Source: Candidatus Nomurabacteria bacterium | GTDB taxonomy: Bacteria > Patescibacteriota > Minisyncoccia > Phycocordibacterales > UBA9973 | Length of the DNA: 64,000 nucleotides | Direction: 5' to 3' | NCBI GenBank assembly: GCA_052035195.1 | Contig: JBPOHU010000001.1 | Coordinates: 104,031-168,030 of the forward strand | In this document: in pieces, positions 26,256 through 36,197 of the stretch | Layout of the letters: each line of letters starts with the position of its first letter | Numbering within the stretch: the first letter of the stretch is position 1 | Notes under the pieces: generated by a model | The model's database searches: none | The model's input: the letters and a program-made list of their open reading frames with translations, nothing else | What the model was told of the DNA's origin: nothing | Translations under genes and position numbers: made by a program

Positions 26256-26732
26256 ATGCAAAATTTTTTAAACATACTAAGTACTGATATCTTTTTAAGT
26301 CTTTTTATTGCTATGGCTCTTGGTATTGTTATTGGTGTAGAGCGTTTTATAGCAGGTAAAACAGCGGGCATGCGTACTTATACACTTATTTCTATGGGAT
26401 CTGCTCTTTTTGTTATTATTTCTCAAATGGTTACTTCTAGGCTTATTGATCAAACTTTTGACCCAATGCGTATAGCAGCCCAGATTGTTGCAGCTGCCGG
26501 CTTCTTGGGTGTTGGAGCTATTTTTCATAAAGATAACCAAATTAGCGGGGTAACAACTGCCGCTGGACTTTGGGTATCCGCAGGAGTAGGTATGGCTTGT
26601 GGTTTTGGTTTATACCAACTTGCAGTAACAGTTACTTTGCTCACACTTTTCACCTTTATTGTTTTGTGGTTTATCGAAAAACAAATTCGTAAATTTTCTA
26701 GACAAGACGACCAAACATCTCATTCCCTTTAG
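26256..26732 (+). CDS. MgtC/SapB-family membrane protein
   Basis: GIVIGVERFIAGKTAGMRTYTLISMGSALF matches the MgtC pattern GxxIGxER...AGxRTh. Confidence 0.6.
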   Translation: MQNFLNILSTDIFLSLFIAMALGIVIGVERFIAGKTAGMRTYTLISMGSALFVIISQMVTSRLIDQTFDPMRIAAQIVAAAGFLGVGAIFHKDNQISGVTTAAGLWVSAGVGMACGFGLYQLAVTVTLLTLFTFIVLWFIEKQIRKFSRQDDQTSHSL

Positions 26733-26759
26733 TCTTTTTTATGGTAAAGTGTTCTACAT

Positions 26760-28508
26760 ATGAAATCTTTTGAGGTTCGTAAGCGATTTTTAGACTTTTT
26801 TGAGAAACGTGGACATGCGATTATACCTAGTGCTTCTTTGGTGCCCAAAAATGACCCTTCTGTGCTTTTTAATACTGCTGGTATGCAACCACTCGTACCA
26901 TATCTTATGGGTGAAAAACACCCACTAGGAAGTCGTTTAGCAAGTTGTCAAAAGTGTGTTCGTACTGGGGATATAGAAGATATTGGGGACGCTAGACACC
27001 TTAGTTTTTTTGAAATGCTTGGTAACTGGTCTTTGGGAGATTATTTCAAAGAAGATGCTATTGCTTGGAGTTTTGAATTTTTAACTTCAAAAGAAGAGGG
27101 TTTAGGTCTTGATCCAAATCGTTTATATGTAACTGTCTTTGAAGGAGACGAGGATGCACCAAGAGACTTGGAAGCAGTAGAAATATGGAAAAAGTTTATT
27201 CCAGAGCATCGCATTTATTTCCTACCAAAGAAAAACAACTGGTGGAGCCCAGGAGACAATGGTCCGTGTGGACCTGATACTGAGATGTTCTATGATGTCA
27301 CTGAAAAAGGTCTAGGAGATATGACTCATGAAGAGTATGTAGATGCTGATGATAGGGGAGCTATTGTTGAAATCTGGAACGACGTATTTATGGAATACGA
27401 GAAGAAAGATGGCAAAGTAATAGGGAAGCTCAATCAAAAAAACGTTGATACAGGGAGCGGTCTTGAGCGCATAACAATGATTGTTCAAGGTAAAACAAAT
27501 GTTTACGAAACAGATGTTTTTTCTTCAGCAATAGAATTCATTGACCTTAATACCAAAGGAATACCAGATGAGCGTAGCTCTCGTATTATTGCTGATCATG
27601 TACGCAGCGCAACAATGCTTATCGCAGACGGAGTTTTCCCTTCAAACAAAGACCAAGGCTATGTACTTAGAAGATTTATTCGCAGAGCAGTAGTCCAAGC
27701 AAAAAATATCGGTTTTTCTTATGAGCTTCTTGGTGTATTACAAAGTGGCTTCATGGCAAAATACGAAGACATATATGAAGAACTTAAAGAAAATATAGAA
27801 GGACAAAAAGAAGTATTCAACAAAGAGGTAGAGAAATTTATCAAAACACTTGAAGCAGGATTAAAAGAGTTTGAGAAGGGAACAGATCCATTCATACTAG
27901 CTACTACTTATGGTTTTCCTATTGAAATTACAGAAGAAATAGCAAAAGAAAAAGGTATTTCTATAGACAGAGAAGACTTTGATACAAAAATGAAGGCTCA
28001 CCAAGATGCGTCTCGTGCAGGAGCAGAACAAAAGTTCAAAGGAGGTCTCGCAAACACAAGCGAGCAAACTACCAAGCTCCATACTGCACACCACCTACTT
28101 CTTAAGGCTCTTCAAGAAGTCGTAAATCCTGATATCCACCAAAAAGGTTCAAATATTACAGAAGAACGCCTGCGTATAGATTTTAACTTTGATAGAAAGC
28201 TGACAGAAGAAGAAAAGACTGCTGTTGAAGAGCGGGTTAACATATGGATTGCGTACGATCTTAATGTTGTGAAGCGTGATATGCCTAAAGAAGAAGCCGA
28301 AAAACTTGGTGCTGAAATGGAATTTGGAGTTAAATATCCTGATATTGTTTCTGTTTATTTTATTGAAGACAAAGAAGGTAATCATGTCTCTAAAGAATTT
28401 TGTGGTGGACCACACGTAGAGCACACAGGATTACTAGGAGTTTTCAAAATCCAAAAGGAAGAAGCCTCCTCTGCTGGAGTACGCCGTATAAAAGCGATCT
28501 TACAATAA
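26760..28508 (+). CDS. alaS: alanyl-tRNA synthetase, compact form (no C-Ala domain)
   Basis: MKSFEVRKRFLDFFEKRGH...FNTAGMQPL...FFEMLGNWSLGDYFK class II AlaRS core, plus editing-domain motifs HTAHHLL and GGPHVEHTG. 582 aa versus ~870 typical. Confidence 0.8.
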   Translation: MKSFEVRKRFLDFFEKRGHAIIPSASLVPKNDPSVLFNTAGMQPLVPYLMGEKHPLGSRLASCQKCVRTGDIEDIGDARHLSFFEMLGNWSLGDYFKEDAIAWSFEFLTSKEEGLGLDPNRLYVTVFEGDEDAPRDLEAVEIWKKFIPEHRIYFLPKKNNWWSPGDNGPCGPDTEMFYDVTEKGLGDMTHEEYVDADDRGAIVEIWNDVFMEYEKKDGKVIGKLNQKNVDTGSGLERITMIVQGKTNVYETDVFSSAIEFIDLNTKGIPDERSSRIIADHVRSATMLIADGVFPSNKDQGYVLRRFIRRAVVQAKNIGFSYELLGVLQSGFMAKYEDIYEELKENIEGQKEVFNKEVEKFIKTLEAGLKEFEKGTDPFILATTYGFPIEITEEIAKEKGISIDREDFDTKMKAHQDASRAGAEQKFKGGLANTSEQTTKLHTAHHLLLKALQEVVNPDIHQKGSNITEERLRIDFNFDRKLTEEEKTAVEERVNIWIAYDLNVVKRDMPKEEAEKLGAEMEFGVKYPDIVSVYFIEDKEGNHVSKEFCGGPHVEHTGLLGVFKIQKEEASSAGVRRIKAILQ

Positions 28509-28530
28509 TTTTTTATATAACGAGGATATA

Positions 28531-28591
28531 GTACTATTACTTTTGCATTGAGGACTCTGCGTAGGCATCCGCAAAAAGAAAGTAATGGTAC
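28531..28591 (+). other. 13-bp stem-loop (GTACTATTACTTT ... AAAGTAATGGTAC) between alaS and the PilM-like gene
   Basis: Inverted repeat with one G-U position enclosing a 35-nt loop; no U-tract, so not a classic terminator. Confidence 0.45.
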
Positions 28592-28623
28592 TGTATCCGA
28601 GTGTAATGCTATACTATATACAC

Positions 28624-29796
28624 ATGGCAACTTCTACAAAGATGATTCCTATTGCTGTTTTTGATATTAGTTCAAGCTCTATTGCTGGAGCTCATGTTTT
28701 AATCCCAAAACATCAGGAAAAAGATTCAAAGGTTTCTATACTTGCTAGTACCAGAATAATATCTGAACCAAAAGAAGAATTAGATATAGAAAGATTTGTA
28801 AATAATGCTCTAACTGGACTAGAAAATACAATATCAATCATCAAAAAAGCAGACAATCATCGCCCAGAAAAAATACAGGTCTTACTGGCTTCTCCTTGGT
28901 TTGTATCTCAAACAAGAAGTATTTCATATAACAAAACTACTGATTTTGTTTGTAATCAAAAACTTATTGATTCTCTAATAGATAAAGAGATTGATTACAT
29001 TATCAAAAATGACATGGAGAGATTTGGCTCAATGGGAGGAGAAGGTCTAATTATAGAAAAACAAATTTCTCAAATTAAACTAAACGGGTACCCAACAGCA
29101 AGTCCTTTTGGTAAAAAAGCTCAAAGTTTAGAACTCTTTTTGGTAGTTACCGTTTCTCCTAAAACTATAGTTGATAAATTTAAAGAGGTTTTTCAAAGAA
29201 ACTACTCTACTACTCCAATAATTTTTACAACTAGTCCATATGCGACCTATATAGTCACTAGAGATAATTTTAATGCACCAAAAGAACTGCTCTTGGTTGA
29301 TATAGGAGAAGAGGTTACTGATATAGCCTGTATTAAAAATGATTTATTCTTATATCAACACTCTTTTCCTGTTGGAACACATCATTTATATAGAACTATT
29401 GTAGGAAACGGTGCTACAACCCTAACAGAAGCCCATGCAGTGGTTCAGTCTTTTAGGCTTGGTAAGCTTAGCGCGATTATGACAAGTAATGTTCAAAAAT
29501 CAATGGATTCTTTTGGGGCGACATGGATGCGATCGTTTCAAGAGTTAATAGAAAAAGGTCAAAATACAATAAAACTTCCAGAGAACTCTTATATAACTTC
29601 TGACTATAGATTTGGAGACTTTTTTGCAGACCTTTTAAAACAAGACGTATTCTTCCAGCACACCACAGGATCAGCTAGTCCTTCTGCAACACATATAACA
29701 TATGAAATGCTTTCTCCTCACAGTTCATCGATAGATTCTGATCGTATTGATGAAACTATCATAATAGGCTCTTTATTTGCTTCTAGATTAATTTAA
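28624..29796 (+). CDS. PilM-like actin-fold ATPase (type IV pilus assembly-like)
   Basis: MATSTKMIPIAVFDISSSSIAGAHVL resembles the PilM N-terminus (GIDIGSSSIK). The ORF-finder start at 28585 is probably an extension. Confidence 0.45.
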   Translation: MATSTKMIPIAVFDISSSSIAGAHVLIPKHQEKDSKVSILASTRIISEPKEELDIERFVNNALTGLENTISIIKKADNHRPEKIQVLLASPWFVSQTRSISYNKTTDFVCNQKLIDSLIDKEIDYIIKNDMERFGSMGGEGLIIEKQISQIKLNGYPTASPFGKKAQSLELFLVVTVSPKTIVDKFKEVFQRNYSTTPIIFTTSPYATYIVTRDNFNAPKELLLVDIGEEVTDIACIKNDLFLYQHSFPVGTHHLYRTIVGNGATTLTEAHAVVQSFRLGKLSAIMTSNVQKSMDSFGATWMRSFQELIEKGQNTIKLPENSYITSDYRFGDFFADLLKQDVFFQHTTGSASPSATHITYEMLSPHSSSIDSDRIDETIIIGSLFASRLI

Positions 29797-29799
29797 AAA

Positions 29800-31038
29800 A
29801 TGAAACTTTACGATGTTATAAAAAAAGAACACTCCAAAGCAGAAGAGCCTGTGGAAGAGCGCGTTTTTATTCCAACAGAAACTCCTGTTAAAAAAAGACG
29901 TTATATTTTTATAATGATAATCACTATATTTTGTTTAGTGATTATTTATATAGCTGGTATTTATATATCTAGAGCAAAAGTGATTATTGATGAAAGGGAA
30001 ATACCTTTTTCACTAGAAAAATCAACAATAGACCTGCCTCATGAGACAAAAACAGACAAAGAAAGACTTTCTTTTCAAACAATGACAGTTTCAACTGAAA
30101 TTCGCAGAGAAATATTCGGCTCAGAATTAAAAGAAGTTACAGGTAAAGCAAAAGGGAGTGTTGTATTTTTTAATGAATACAGTAAAACATCTATAACAAT
30201 AAAATCTGGGACAAAGCTTATAGGTAGCAATGGAAAAACATATCAAACCCAACAAACATTAACAATACCTGGCTATACATTAGATACTAAAAAGAAAAAA
30301 GTTCCAGGAACGTCTCCCTCAATATCAATAATAGCGATAGAAGTAGGCCCAAATTCAAACAGTGAAGGATTGTCTTTTACTATTTCAGGATACAGTGGAT
30401 CAAAAAAATCACAAATATATGCTCGTAGTGCTAGTCCTTTAACAGGAGGAGAGTCCGGAATGAGGCATACCGTTTCAGAAGCAGAAAGACCAGCTCTTTT
30501 AGAGTCCCTAAAAACACAATTAACAGAAAGACTAAAGAGGGAAACACGAGCGCAAATCCCTCCAGAGCTTATAACTTATCCAGATTTACAGTTTGTCTCA
30601 ATTGACACTGATAGCCTTCGTTTAGAAGGTGAAGGTGTTAAGTTTACCGCACAAATAAAAGGAACAATGGTTTCTTATTTGATGTCTAGGTCTCTTTTTG
30701 AATCTGCCATAGCTAAAGACGTATTAAGTGATCATTCATATACAGCGGTTACTATTCCGTCTGTAGCTTCTCTAAATGTAAACCCAAAAAGCTCTATCCC
30801 TGCAAATCCTACGACGCCACCAGACTTAATTTCTATAGAAGTTTCTGGTAACGGCTCTATAATAACCAAAGCACCTATCCAAAGAATAAAAGAATCCCTA
30901 ATAGGAACAAAAAGAGGGTCTTTTGACTCAATAATAAGCACATTTCCTGAAGTTTCTTCAGCCTCTTTTAAGATTAGACCATTTTGGGCTCCATTTTTCC
31001 CTAAAAAAGATAGCTATATAAAAGTTAATATCAAATAA
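29800..31038 (+). CDS. hypothetical single-pass membrane protein (possible pilus-assembly partner)
   Basis: TM helix IFIMIITIFCLVIIYIAGIYI then a large extracytoplasmic domain; its start is 4 nt after the PilM-like stop. Confidence 0.35.
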   Translation: MKLYDVIKKEHSKAEEPVEERVFIPTETPVKKRRYIFIMIITIFCLVIIYIAGIYISRAKVIIDEREIPFSLEKSTIDLPHETKTDKERLSFQTMTVSTEIRREIFGSELKEVTGKAKGSVVFFNEYSKTSITIKSGTKLIGSNGKTYQTQQTLTIPGYTLDTKKKKVPGTSPSISIIAIEVGPNSNSEGLSFTISGYSGSKKSQIYARSASPLTGGESGMRHTVSEAERPALLESLKTQLTERLKRETRAQIPPELITYPDLQFVSIDTDSLRLEGEGVKFTAQIKGTMVSYLMSRSLFESAIAKDVLSDHSYTAVTIPSVASLNVNPKSSIPANPTTPPDLISIEVSGNGSIITKAPIQRIKESLIGTKRGSFDSIISTFPEVSSASFKIRPFWAPFFPKKDSYIKVNIK

Positions 31039-31085
31039 GATGTTGACCTTTATTTAAGGGTATAGTATTATACCCCTTGTAACTC

Positions 31086-31295
31086 ATGACAGACCAGCAA
31101 CAAGTATTACGTGGAATTATCCAAGAAGCGCTTCCAAATACAATGTTCCGAGTGGAACTTGAAACAGGAGTAGTTCAAGTTGCATATTTAGCTGGAAAAA
31201 TGAGATTAAACCGAATCAAGGTTCTTGTCGGAGATACTGTCGAAGTACTACAAGATTCTTATGGTGGAAAAGGGCGTATTGTCAGAAGAATATAA
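31086..31295 (+). CDS. infA: translation initiation factor IF-1
   Basis: LPNTMFRVELE...GKMRLNRIKVLVGD...GRIVRR matches the IF-1 S1-like fold pattern. Confidence 0.8.
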   Translation: MTDQQQVLRGIIQEALPNTMFRVELETGVVQVAYLAGKMRLNRIKVLVGDTVEVLQDSYGGKGRIVRRI

Positions 31296-31345
31296 ATAGT
31301 ATATAATAGCCCCGCCGTAAACGAGAGCGCAAATTCCTATTTTTT

Positions 31346-31456
31346 ATGAAGATTAAATCAACAGTTAAAAAAATGTGTGCGAAATGTAAGATTGTAAAAC
31401 GCAATCGGCATTTACTCGTGATTTGCGATAATCCAAAACACAAACAAAAACAATAA
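31346..31456 (+). CDS. rpmJ: 50S ribosomal protein L36
   Basis: Hand-translated [36 protein letters not shown]; C-x2-C...C-x-H zinc ribbon of L36. Not in the ORF track (shorter than 60 aa). Confidence 0.8.
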   Translation: MKIKSTVKKMCAKCKIVKRNRHLLVICDNPKHKQKQ

Positions 31457-31457
31457 T

Positions 31458-31838
31458 ATGCGTATCCTAGGTATAACTATCCCAAATGAAAAGCGTCTTG
31501 ATATTGGTCTTACTAGCCTTTTTGGGGTTGGTACTGCTACTGCTCTAAAAGTTTTGAAAGAAGTAAAAGTAGCCCCTTCTACAAAATCAAAAGATCTTTC
31601 TATCGAACAAGAAAATGCTATTCGAAAACTTATTGAAGAAATGACAATTGAAGGAAACCTCAAACGAGAAGTTGCTTCAAATGTAAAACGATTAAAAGAC
31701 ATCAAATGCTACCGTGGTGTTCGCCACATGAGAAGACTACCTGTAAAAGGTCAGCGAACAAAAACAAACTCTCGAACAGTTCGAGGAAATGTTAGAAACA
31801 CAATGGCATCAGGACGTCGTAAAGAAAGTAAAACATAA
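31458..31838 (+). CDS. rpsM: 30S ribosomal protein S13
   Basis: MRILGITIPNEKRLDIGLTSLFGVG...YRGVRHMRRLPVKGQRTKTN. Confidence 0.9.
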   Translation: MRILGITIPNEKRLDIGLTSLFGVGTATALKVLKEVKVAPSTKSKDLSIEQENAIRKLIEEMTIEGNLKREVASNVKRLKDIKCYRGVRHMRRLPVKGQRTKTNSRTVRGNVRNTMASGRRKESKT

Positions 31839-31841
31839 CAT

Positions 31842-32276
31842 ATGGGAAAAAAACGAATCGCAACTCAAGAAGGTCAATTGGTGGACGCAGACAAGCGCTC
31901 TAGAGCTACAGCGCGTACCCCAAAGAAAAAGCTTACTACGTGTATGCTTTCTATCGAATCAACTTTTAATAATACAAAAGCTGTAGTAAGTGATGTTAAA
32001 GGTAATGTACTATTTTGGTCATCATCTGGATCACTTGGATTTAAAGGGGCAAAAAAGGGAACTCCTTTCGCTGCTTCAAAAGTAGGGGAAATACTAGCTG
32101 AAAAAGCAGTAACTGCTGGTATCAAAGAGGTACACGCAGTAGTAACAGGTGTTGGTTCAGGTCGCGAACCACTTATTCGAGCATTCGTTGCTCCTGGAAT
32201 TGAGCTTTTATCAATCAAGGATCGAACTCCTGTGCCACACAATGGTCCAAAGCCTAAGAAACCACGAAGAGTATAA
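31842..32276 (+). CDS. rpsK: 30S ribosomal protein S11
   Basis: Conserved S11 pattern including AVVTGVGSGREP. Confidence 0.9.
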   Translation: MGKKRIATQEGQLVDADKRSRATARTPKKKLTTCMLSIESTFNNTKAVVSDVKGNVLFWSSSGSLGFKGAKKGTPFAASKVGEILAEKAVTAGIKEVHAVVTGVGSGREPLIRAFVAPGIELLSIKDRTPVPHNGPKPKKPRRV

Positions 32277-32280
32277 AAAT

Positions 32281-32892
32281 ATGAAAACAGTTGCTAAATA
32301 TAAAATGTGTCGAAGATTAGGAGCAGGAGTGTTTGAAAAGTGTCAAACACAGAAATTTGCTGCAGTTGAACAAAAAACTGTTCGAGGTGGAGCAAATGCA
32401 AAAAGACCAAAAGCTCCTTCTGGTTTCGGTCTTCAACTTCTTGAAAAACAAAAAGTGCGTTTTTCTTATGGTATTAGTGAAAAACAACTTCAAAACTATG
32501 TAGAGAAAGCTAGTCATGCAAAAGGTGGATCTGTAACAGATAAACTAAATGAAATGCTAGAAACTCGTCTTGATAATGTTATTTATCGATTAGGTTTTGC
32601 TCCTACACGAAGACAAGCTAGACAAATGGCTTCTCATGGACACTTCACAGTAAATGGCAAGAAATCAACTATTCCTTCACAGGAACTCCATATAGGAGAT
32701 ATTGTAGCTGTTCGAGAAGGTAGTCGCGGGTCTGCTCTTTTTACTGACTATGCAAAGAACATGAAAGATAGAACATATCCAACATGGCTTAAACTTTCTC
32801 CTGAACAAATGCAAGCTGAGGTAGTTGCAAAACCGAAAAACGAAGAGCAATTCCTCAAATTTGAGACTGTGCTTGAGTTCTATAGTCGTTAA
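32281..32892 (+). CDS. rpsD: 30S ribosomal protein S4
   Basis: MKTVAKYKMCRRLG...LETRLDNVIYRLGFAPTRRQARQMASHGHFTVNGK (S4 domain). The ORF-finder start at 32149 overlaps rpsK and is rejected. Confidence 0.9.
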   Translation: MKTVAKYKMCRRLGAGVFEKCQTQKFAAVEQKTVRGGANAKRPKAPSGFGLQLLEKQKVRFSYGISEKQLQNYVEKASHAKGGSVTDKLNEMLETRLDNVIYRLGFAPTRRQARQMASHGHFTVNGKKSTIPSQELHIGDIVAVREGSRGSALFTDYAKNMKDRTYPTWLKLSPEQMQAEVVAKPKNEEQFLKFETVLEFYSR

Positions 32893-32942
32893 TAACAACA
32901 CAAAGTTGCAAAAATTACAAAATAATTGTATTATTTAAAACC

Positions 32943-33938
32943 ATGAGCCAGCAAACAATCATACTTCCATCAAAACCAAAAGCAGTACTTGAAGAGGGAT
33001 TCAAAGGTGTGTACGAGATAGACGGTCTTGTCCCAGGATACGGATACACCCTTGGAAACTCACTTCGCCGAATTATCCTTTCATCACTTCGAGGTGCTGC
33101 TGTTACAGCAGTTAAAATCGATGGTGTAAGCCACGAATTTTCTACTATAGAAGGTGTTAAAGAAGATGTAATAACTATATTACTTAACCTAAAAAATATC
33201 AGATTTAACCTAACAGGAGAAGAAGCTCAAAAAGTTACTCTATCTGTTAAGGGGCCAAAGATTGTTACAGCAAAAGACATTTCTGCAAACGGAGCTGTTG
33301 AGGTAATAAATACTGACCAATATATTTGTGAAATTACAGGAAAAGCTAACCTTGAAGTAGAACTAACTATCGAAAAAGGTCTTGGTTTTGTACCACGAGA
33401 TCAACAAAATAAAGGTAAGGCTGACATAGGAACTATTTTCCTTGATGCTATCTTTTCTCCAATTCGTCGTGTTTCTTATGATGTTGAAGAAATGCGTGTT
33501 GGAGACAAAACAAACTTCAACCGACTAAGAATGACTATCGAAACTGATGGTACTATCTCTCCAAGAGAAGCTCTTGAACAGTCTGTTCACACAATGATAG
33601 AGCAACTTGCTGCTATTATTTCTGTAGAAAGCCAGAAGATTATTGATGAAATTCAATCAAGTGTTTCTTCACCTAAAACAATGGTTGAAACAGGCTCAGA
33701 GGAATCTTCTGAAGATGGCGAGGATGTAGACGTAACCGATGTTTTGAAAAATCGTATCGATACTATCGGACTTTCAACTCGAACATTGAACGCTCTCTCT
33801 GCTGCAAACATTCGAACAGTAGGAGGTATTGCTAGAAAGAAAATCGAAGACCTTCTTGAGATAGATGGTATTGGAGATAAGGGTATAACAGAAATCAAAG
33901 AAGCCCTATCTACATTTAACTTGTCACTTAAGGATTAA
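32943..33938 (+). CDS. rpoA: DNA-directed RNA polymerase alpha subunit
   Basis: GYGYTLGNSLRRIILSSLRGAAV, N-terminal dimerisation domain and C-terminal alpha-CTD (RTLNALSAANIRTVGGI). Confidence 0.9.
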   Translation: MSQQTIILPSKPKAVLEEGFKGVYEIDGLVPGYGYTLGNSLRRIILSSLRGAAVTAVKIDGVSHEFSTIEGVKEDVITILLNLKNIRFNLTGEEAQKVTLSVKGPKIVTAKDISANGAVEVINTDQYICEITGKANLEVELTIEKGLGFVPRDQQNKGKADIGTIFLDAIFSPIRRVSYDVEEMRVGDKTNFNRLRMTIETDGTISPREALEQSVHTMIEQLAAIISVESQKIIDEIQSSVSSPKTMVETGSEESSEDGEDVDVTDVLKNRIDTIGLSTRTLNALSAANIRTVGGIARKKIEDLLEIDGIGDKGITEIKEALSTFNLSLKD

Positions 33939-33961
33939 TCTGCTAATCTACTTGAACTATT

Positions 33962-34318
33962 ATGAGACACCACAACGCAAACAGAACATTTGGAAGAAGT
34001 AAGAATGGACGTTCAGCCCTCCTCAAGGGTCTTGCCGCTTCTTTGATTGAGCACGGTAGTATTTTGACTACTGAAGCTAAAGCAAAAGAACTTCGACCAA
34101 AGGTAGAGAAAATGGTGACAAAAGCAAAGAATCCAACTCTTTCAAACCGAAGACTTCTTCTTTCTTCTCTTTACAACAATGACTCTGTAGTGGACAAGCT
34201 TATATCTGATGTTGCTCCAAAGTTCTCAGATCGAGCAGGTGGATACACTCGTATCACCAAGATAGTACAAAGAAAGGGCGATGCAAGTAAAATGGCAGTA
34301 ATTGAGTTTGTGAGTTAA
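33962..34318 (+). CDS. rplQ: 50S ribosomal protein L17
   Basis: MRHHNANRTFGRSKNGRSALLKGLAASLIEHGSILTT...GGYTRITK. Confidence 0.9.
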   Translation: MRHHNANRTFGRSKNGRSALLKGLAASLIEHGSILTTEAKAKELRPKVEKMVTKAKNPTLSNRRLLLSSLYNNDSVVDKLISDVAPKFSDRAGGYTRITKIVQRKGDASKMAVIEFVS

Positions 34319-34323
34319 TTATT

Positions 34324-34671
34324 ATGGAATACACAGTAGATGCAACAAATAAATCTCTAGGTCGCGTAGCTACAGAAGTAGCGTCTCTTTTGATGGGTAA
34401 AAATACTACTTCTTTTGTACGAAATGCAACTCCAAAAGTAACAGTAAGACTAACAAACGCTTCAAAGATAACTATCCCAAACCAGAAAAAACTTTTAGAA
34501 AAGACATACAACTCATTTTCTGGATATCCAGGAGGTTTGAAACAAAGTACTATGGCTCATGTTATCAGTACTAAAGGCTACGCTGAGATTCTAACTCAAG
34601 CTGTAAAAGGAATGCTTCCAAAAAACAGACTTCAAAATGATCTTATGAAGCACTTGATAGTTACTGAATAA
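34324..34671 (+). CDS. rplM: 50S ribosomal protein L13
   Basis: LGRVATEVASLLMGK...SGYPGGLK...AVKGMLPKN. Confidence 0.85.
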   Translation: MEYTVDATNKSLGRVATEVASLLMGKNTTSFVRNATPKVTVRLTNASKITIPNQKKLLEKTYNSFSGYPGGLKQSTMAHVISTKGYAEILTQAVKGMLPKNRLQNDLMKHLIVTE

Positions 34672-34689
34672 TTTTTATACAGAAATAAT

Positions 34690-35094
34690 ATGGAAAAAAC
34701 AAAGAAAACATACATAGAGACTATCGGCCGACGCAAAACATCAACTGCGCGTGTTCGAATGACTCCTTCTACAAAACAAAGTTTTGAAATCAATGGTAAA
34801 GATCTTGCTACATACTTTGCAACAGAAGAACTTCAAAAGATTGTTACTGATGCTTTTACAGCATTAGAATCAAAAGGTCACTTCACTGTAACTGTTAAAG
34901 TAACAGGTGGTGGTATTCACTCTCAATCTGAAGCAGTTCGTCACGGTATCTCTCGAGGACTAGTTAAGGAAGATGAGTCTCAAAAGACTACTCTTAAAAA
35001 AGCTGGATTCCTAAAGCGTGATCCTAGAATGAAAGAGCGACGTAAGTTCGGTCTCAAGAAAGCCCGAAAAGCTCCACAGTGGTCAAAACGTTAA
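34690..35094 (+). CDS. rpsI: 30S ribosomal protein S9
   Basis: GRRKTSTARVRM...GGGIHSQSEAVRHGISRGL...RDPRMKERRKFGLKKARKAPQWSKR. Confidence 0.9.
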   Translation: MEKTKKTYIETIGRRKTSTARVRMTPSTKQSFEINGKDLATYFATEELQKIVTDAFTALESKGHFTVTVKVTGGGIHSQSEAVRHGISRGLVKEDESQKTTLKKAGFLKRDPRMKERRKFGLKKARKAPQWSKR

Positions 35095-35166
35095 AACACT
35101 CAAAACATCCTCGAAAGAGGGTGTTTTTGCATAGAAAACTATCTCGTGCTATAAAAAAGAAAAAAT

Positions 35167-35442
35167 ATGTTACAAACAGAAACACATCCGCTCAATGAGT
35201 GGGTAGAAGCTCTCAAAAAAGAAAACATAGACTTTGAGAGGTTTGAGGACCATTTGTACGCAAAAATTGATAAAAGAGATGCTGAAGGACATCATTCAAT
35301 GCAAATGAACATATACTACAATGAACAGAACGGGGTATATGCAAACTTTAGTGCGCTAGGTGAAAGTATCTCTAAGCTCGATCCTGAAGAAGCTATTTCA
35401 AAATTTAAAACTTATTACCTTACTTTCTTTAACAAAGAATAA
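35167..35442 (+). CDS. hypothetical small protein
   Basis: 91-aa ORF between rpsI and grpE with its own terminator (35443-35480). Confidence 0.3.
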   Translation: MLQTETHPLNEWVEALKKENIDFERFEDHLYAKIDKRDAEGHHSMQMNIYYNEQNGVYANFSALGESISKLDPEEAISKFKTYYLTFFNKE

Positions 35443-35592
35443 GTTTACTGAAGCCCCTCTTACGAGAAGGCTTTTTTTATTATCAAAAATCAGTATAATA
35501 ACGGCGTACCTGTCCCGTTAGAATCTATATAAAACGGGCAAGGAATTATTACTAAGGTCGTAAACAAATAATTAAAGCTACTATAAAAAACT

Positions 35593-36177
35593 ATGAACAA
35601 TTCTAATGGGATGAACGAAGAAGATATCACTATTGAAAATGAAGGAGAGGATGTTGTCTTTGAGGAATCTACCGAAGAAGGAGAGGCTCTTTCTGCTGGT
35701 AATAAAGTAAAGAAACTCCAAGAGCAAATAAAGACTCTTCAAAAAGAAAAGCAGGAATACCTCGATGGTTGGCAACGTTCTCGCGCTGATTATGCAAACC
35801 TACAGAAGTCTACTGACGAAGATAGAAAAAGAATGCGTACGCTCATAGAAGAGAGCTTCATCGAAGAACTTCTGCCAACAGTAGATAGCTTTCTCATGGC
35901 TATGAGCAATAAAGAAACTTGGGAGAAAGTCGATCCTGCATGGCGCACCGGCGTAGAGTATATTTATGGCCAACTCATGAATACTCTCGAATCTCACAAT
36001 TTAAAAATCTTTGGTGAAATAGGAGAGACTTTTGATCCGGCTCGTCATGAAGCAGTAGGAGAAGAAGCGACAGAAGATACTAAACTCGACCATACTATTG
36101 CAAAAGTAAACCAAAAAGGTTTTATGCTTAGTGAATCAATACTCCGACCTGCGAGAGTGACTATTTTCAAGTCATAA
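35593..36177 (+). CDS. grpE: nucleotide exchange factor GrpE
   Basis: Coiled-coil N-terminus (LQEQIKTLQKEKQEYLDGWQRSRADYANLQK) and the GrpE C-terminal beta domain. Confidence 0.85.
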   Translation: MNNSNGMNEEDITIENEGEDVVFEESTEEGEALSAGNKVKKLQEQIKTLQKEKQEYLDGWQRSRADYANLQKSTDEDRKRMRTLIEESFIEELLPTVDSFLMAMSNKETWEKVDPAWRTGVEYIYGQLMNTLESHNLKIFGEIGETFDPARHEAVGEEATEDTKLDHTIAKVNQKGFMLSESILRPARVTIFKS

Positions 36178-36197
36178 ATACATAGTATAATTTTGAT

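Noticed and set aside
28585-28623. Upstream start for the PilM-like gene
   Set aside because: PilM-like similarity begins at MATSTKMIPIAVFDISSSS. The extension overlaps the stem-loop/promoter region.
32149-32280. N-terminal extension of rpsD overlapping the rpsK 3' end
   Set aside because: S4 homology begins at MKTVAKYK (32281), 4 nt after the rpsK stop.
35461-35592. CIRCE/HrcA element upstream of grpE and dnaK
   Set aside because: Searched for TTAGCACTC-N9-GAGTGCTAA. Only an unrelated hairpin (CCCGTT...AACGGG) was found.
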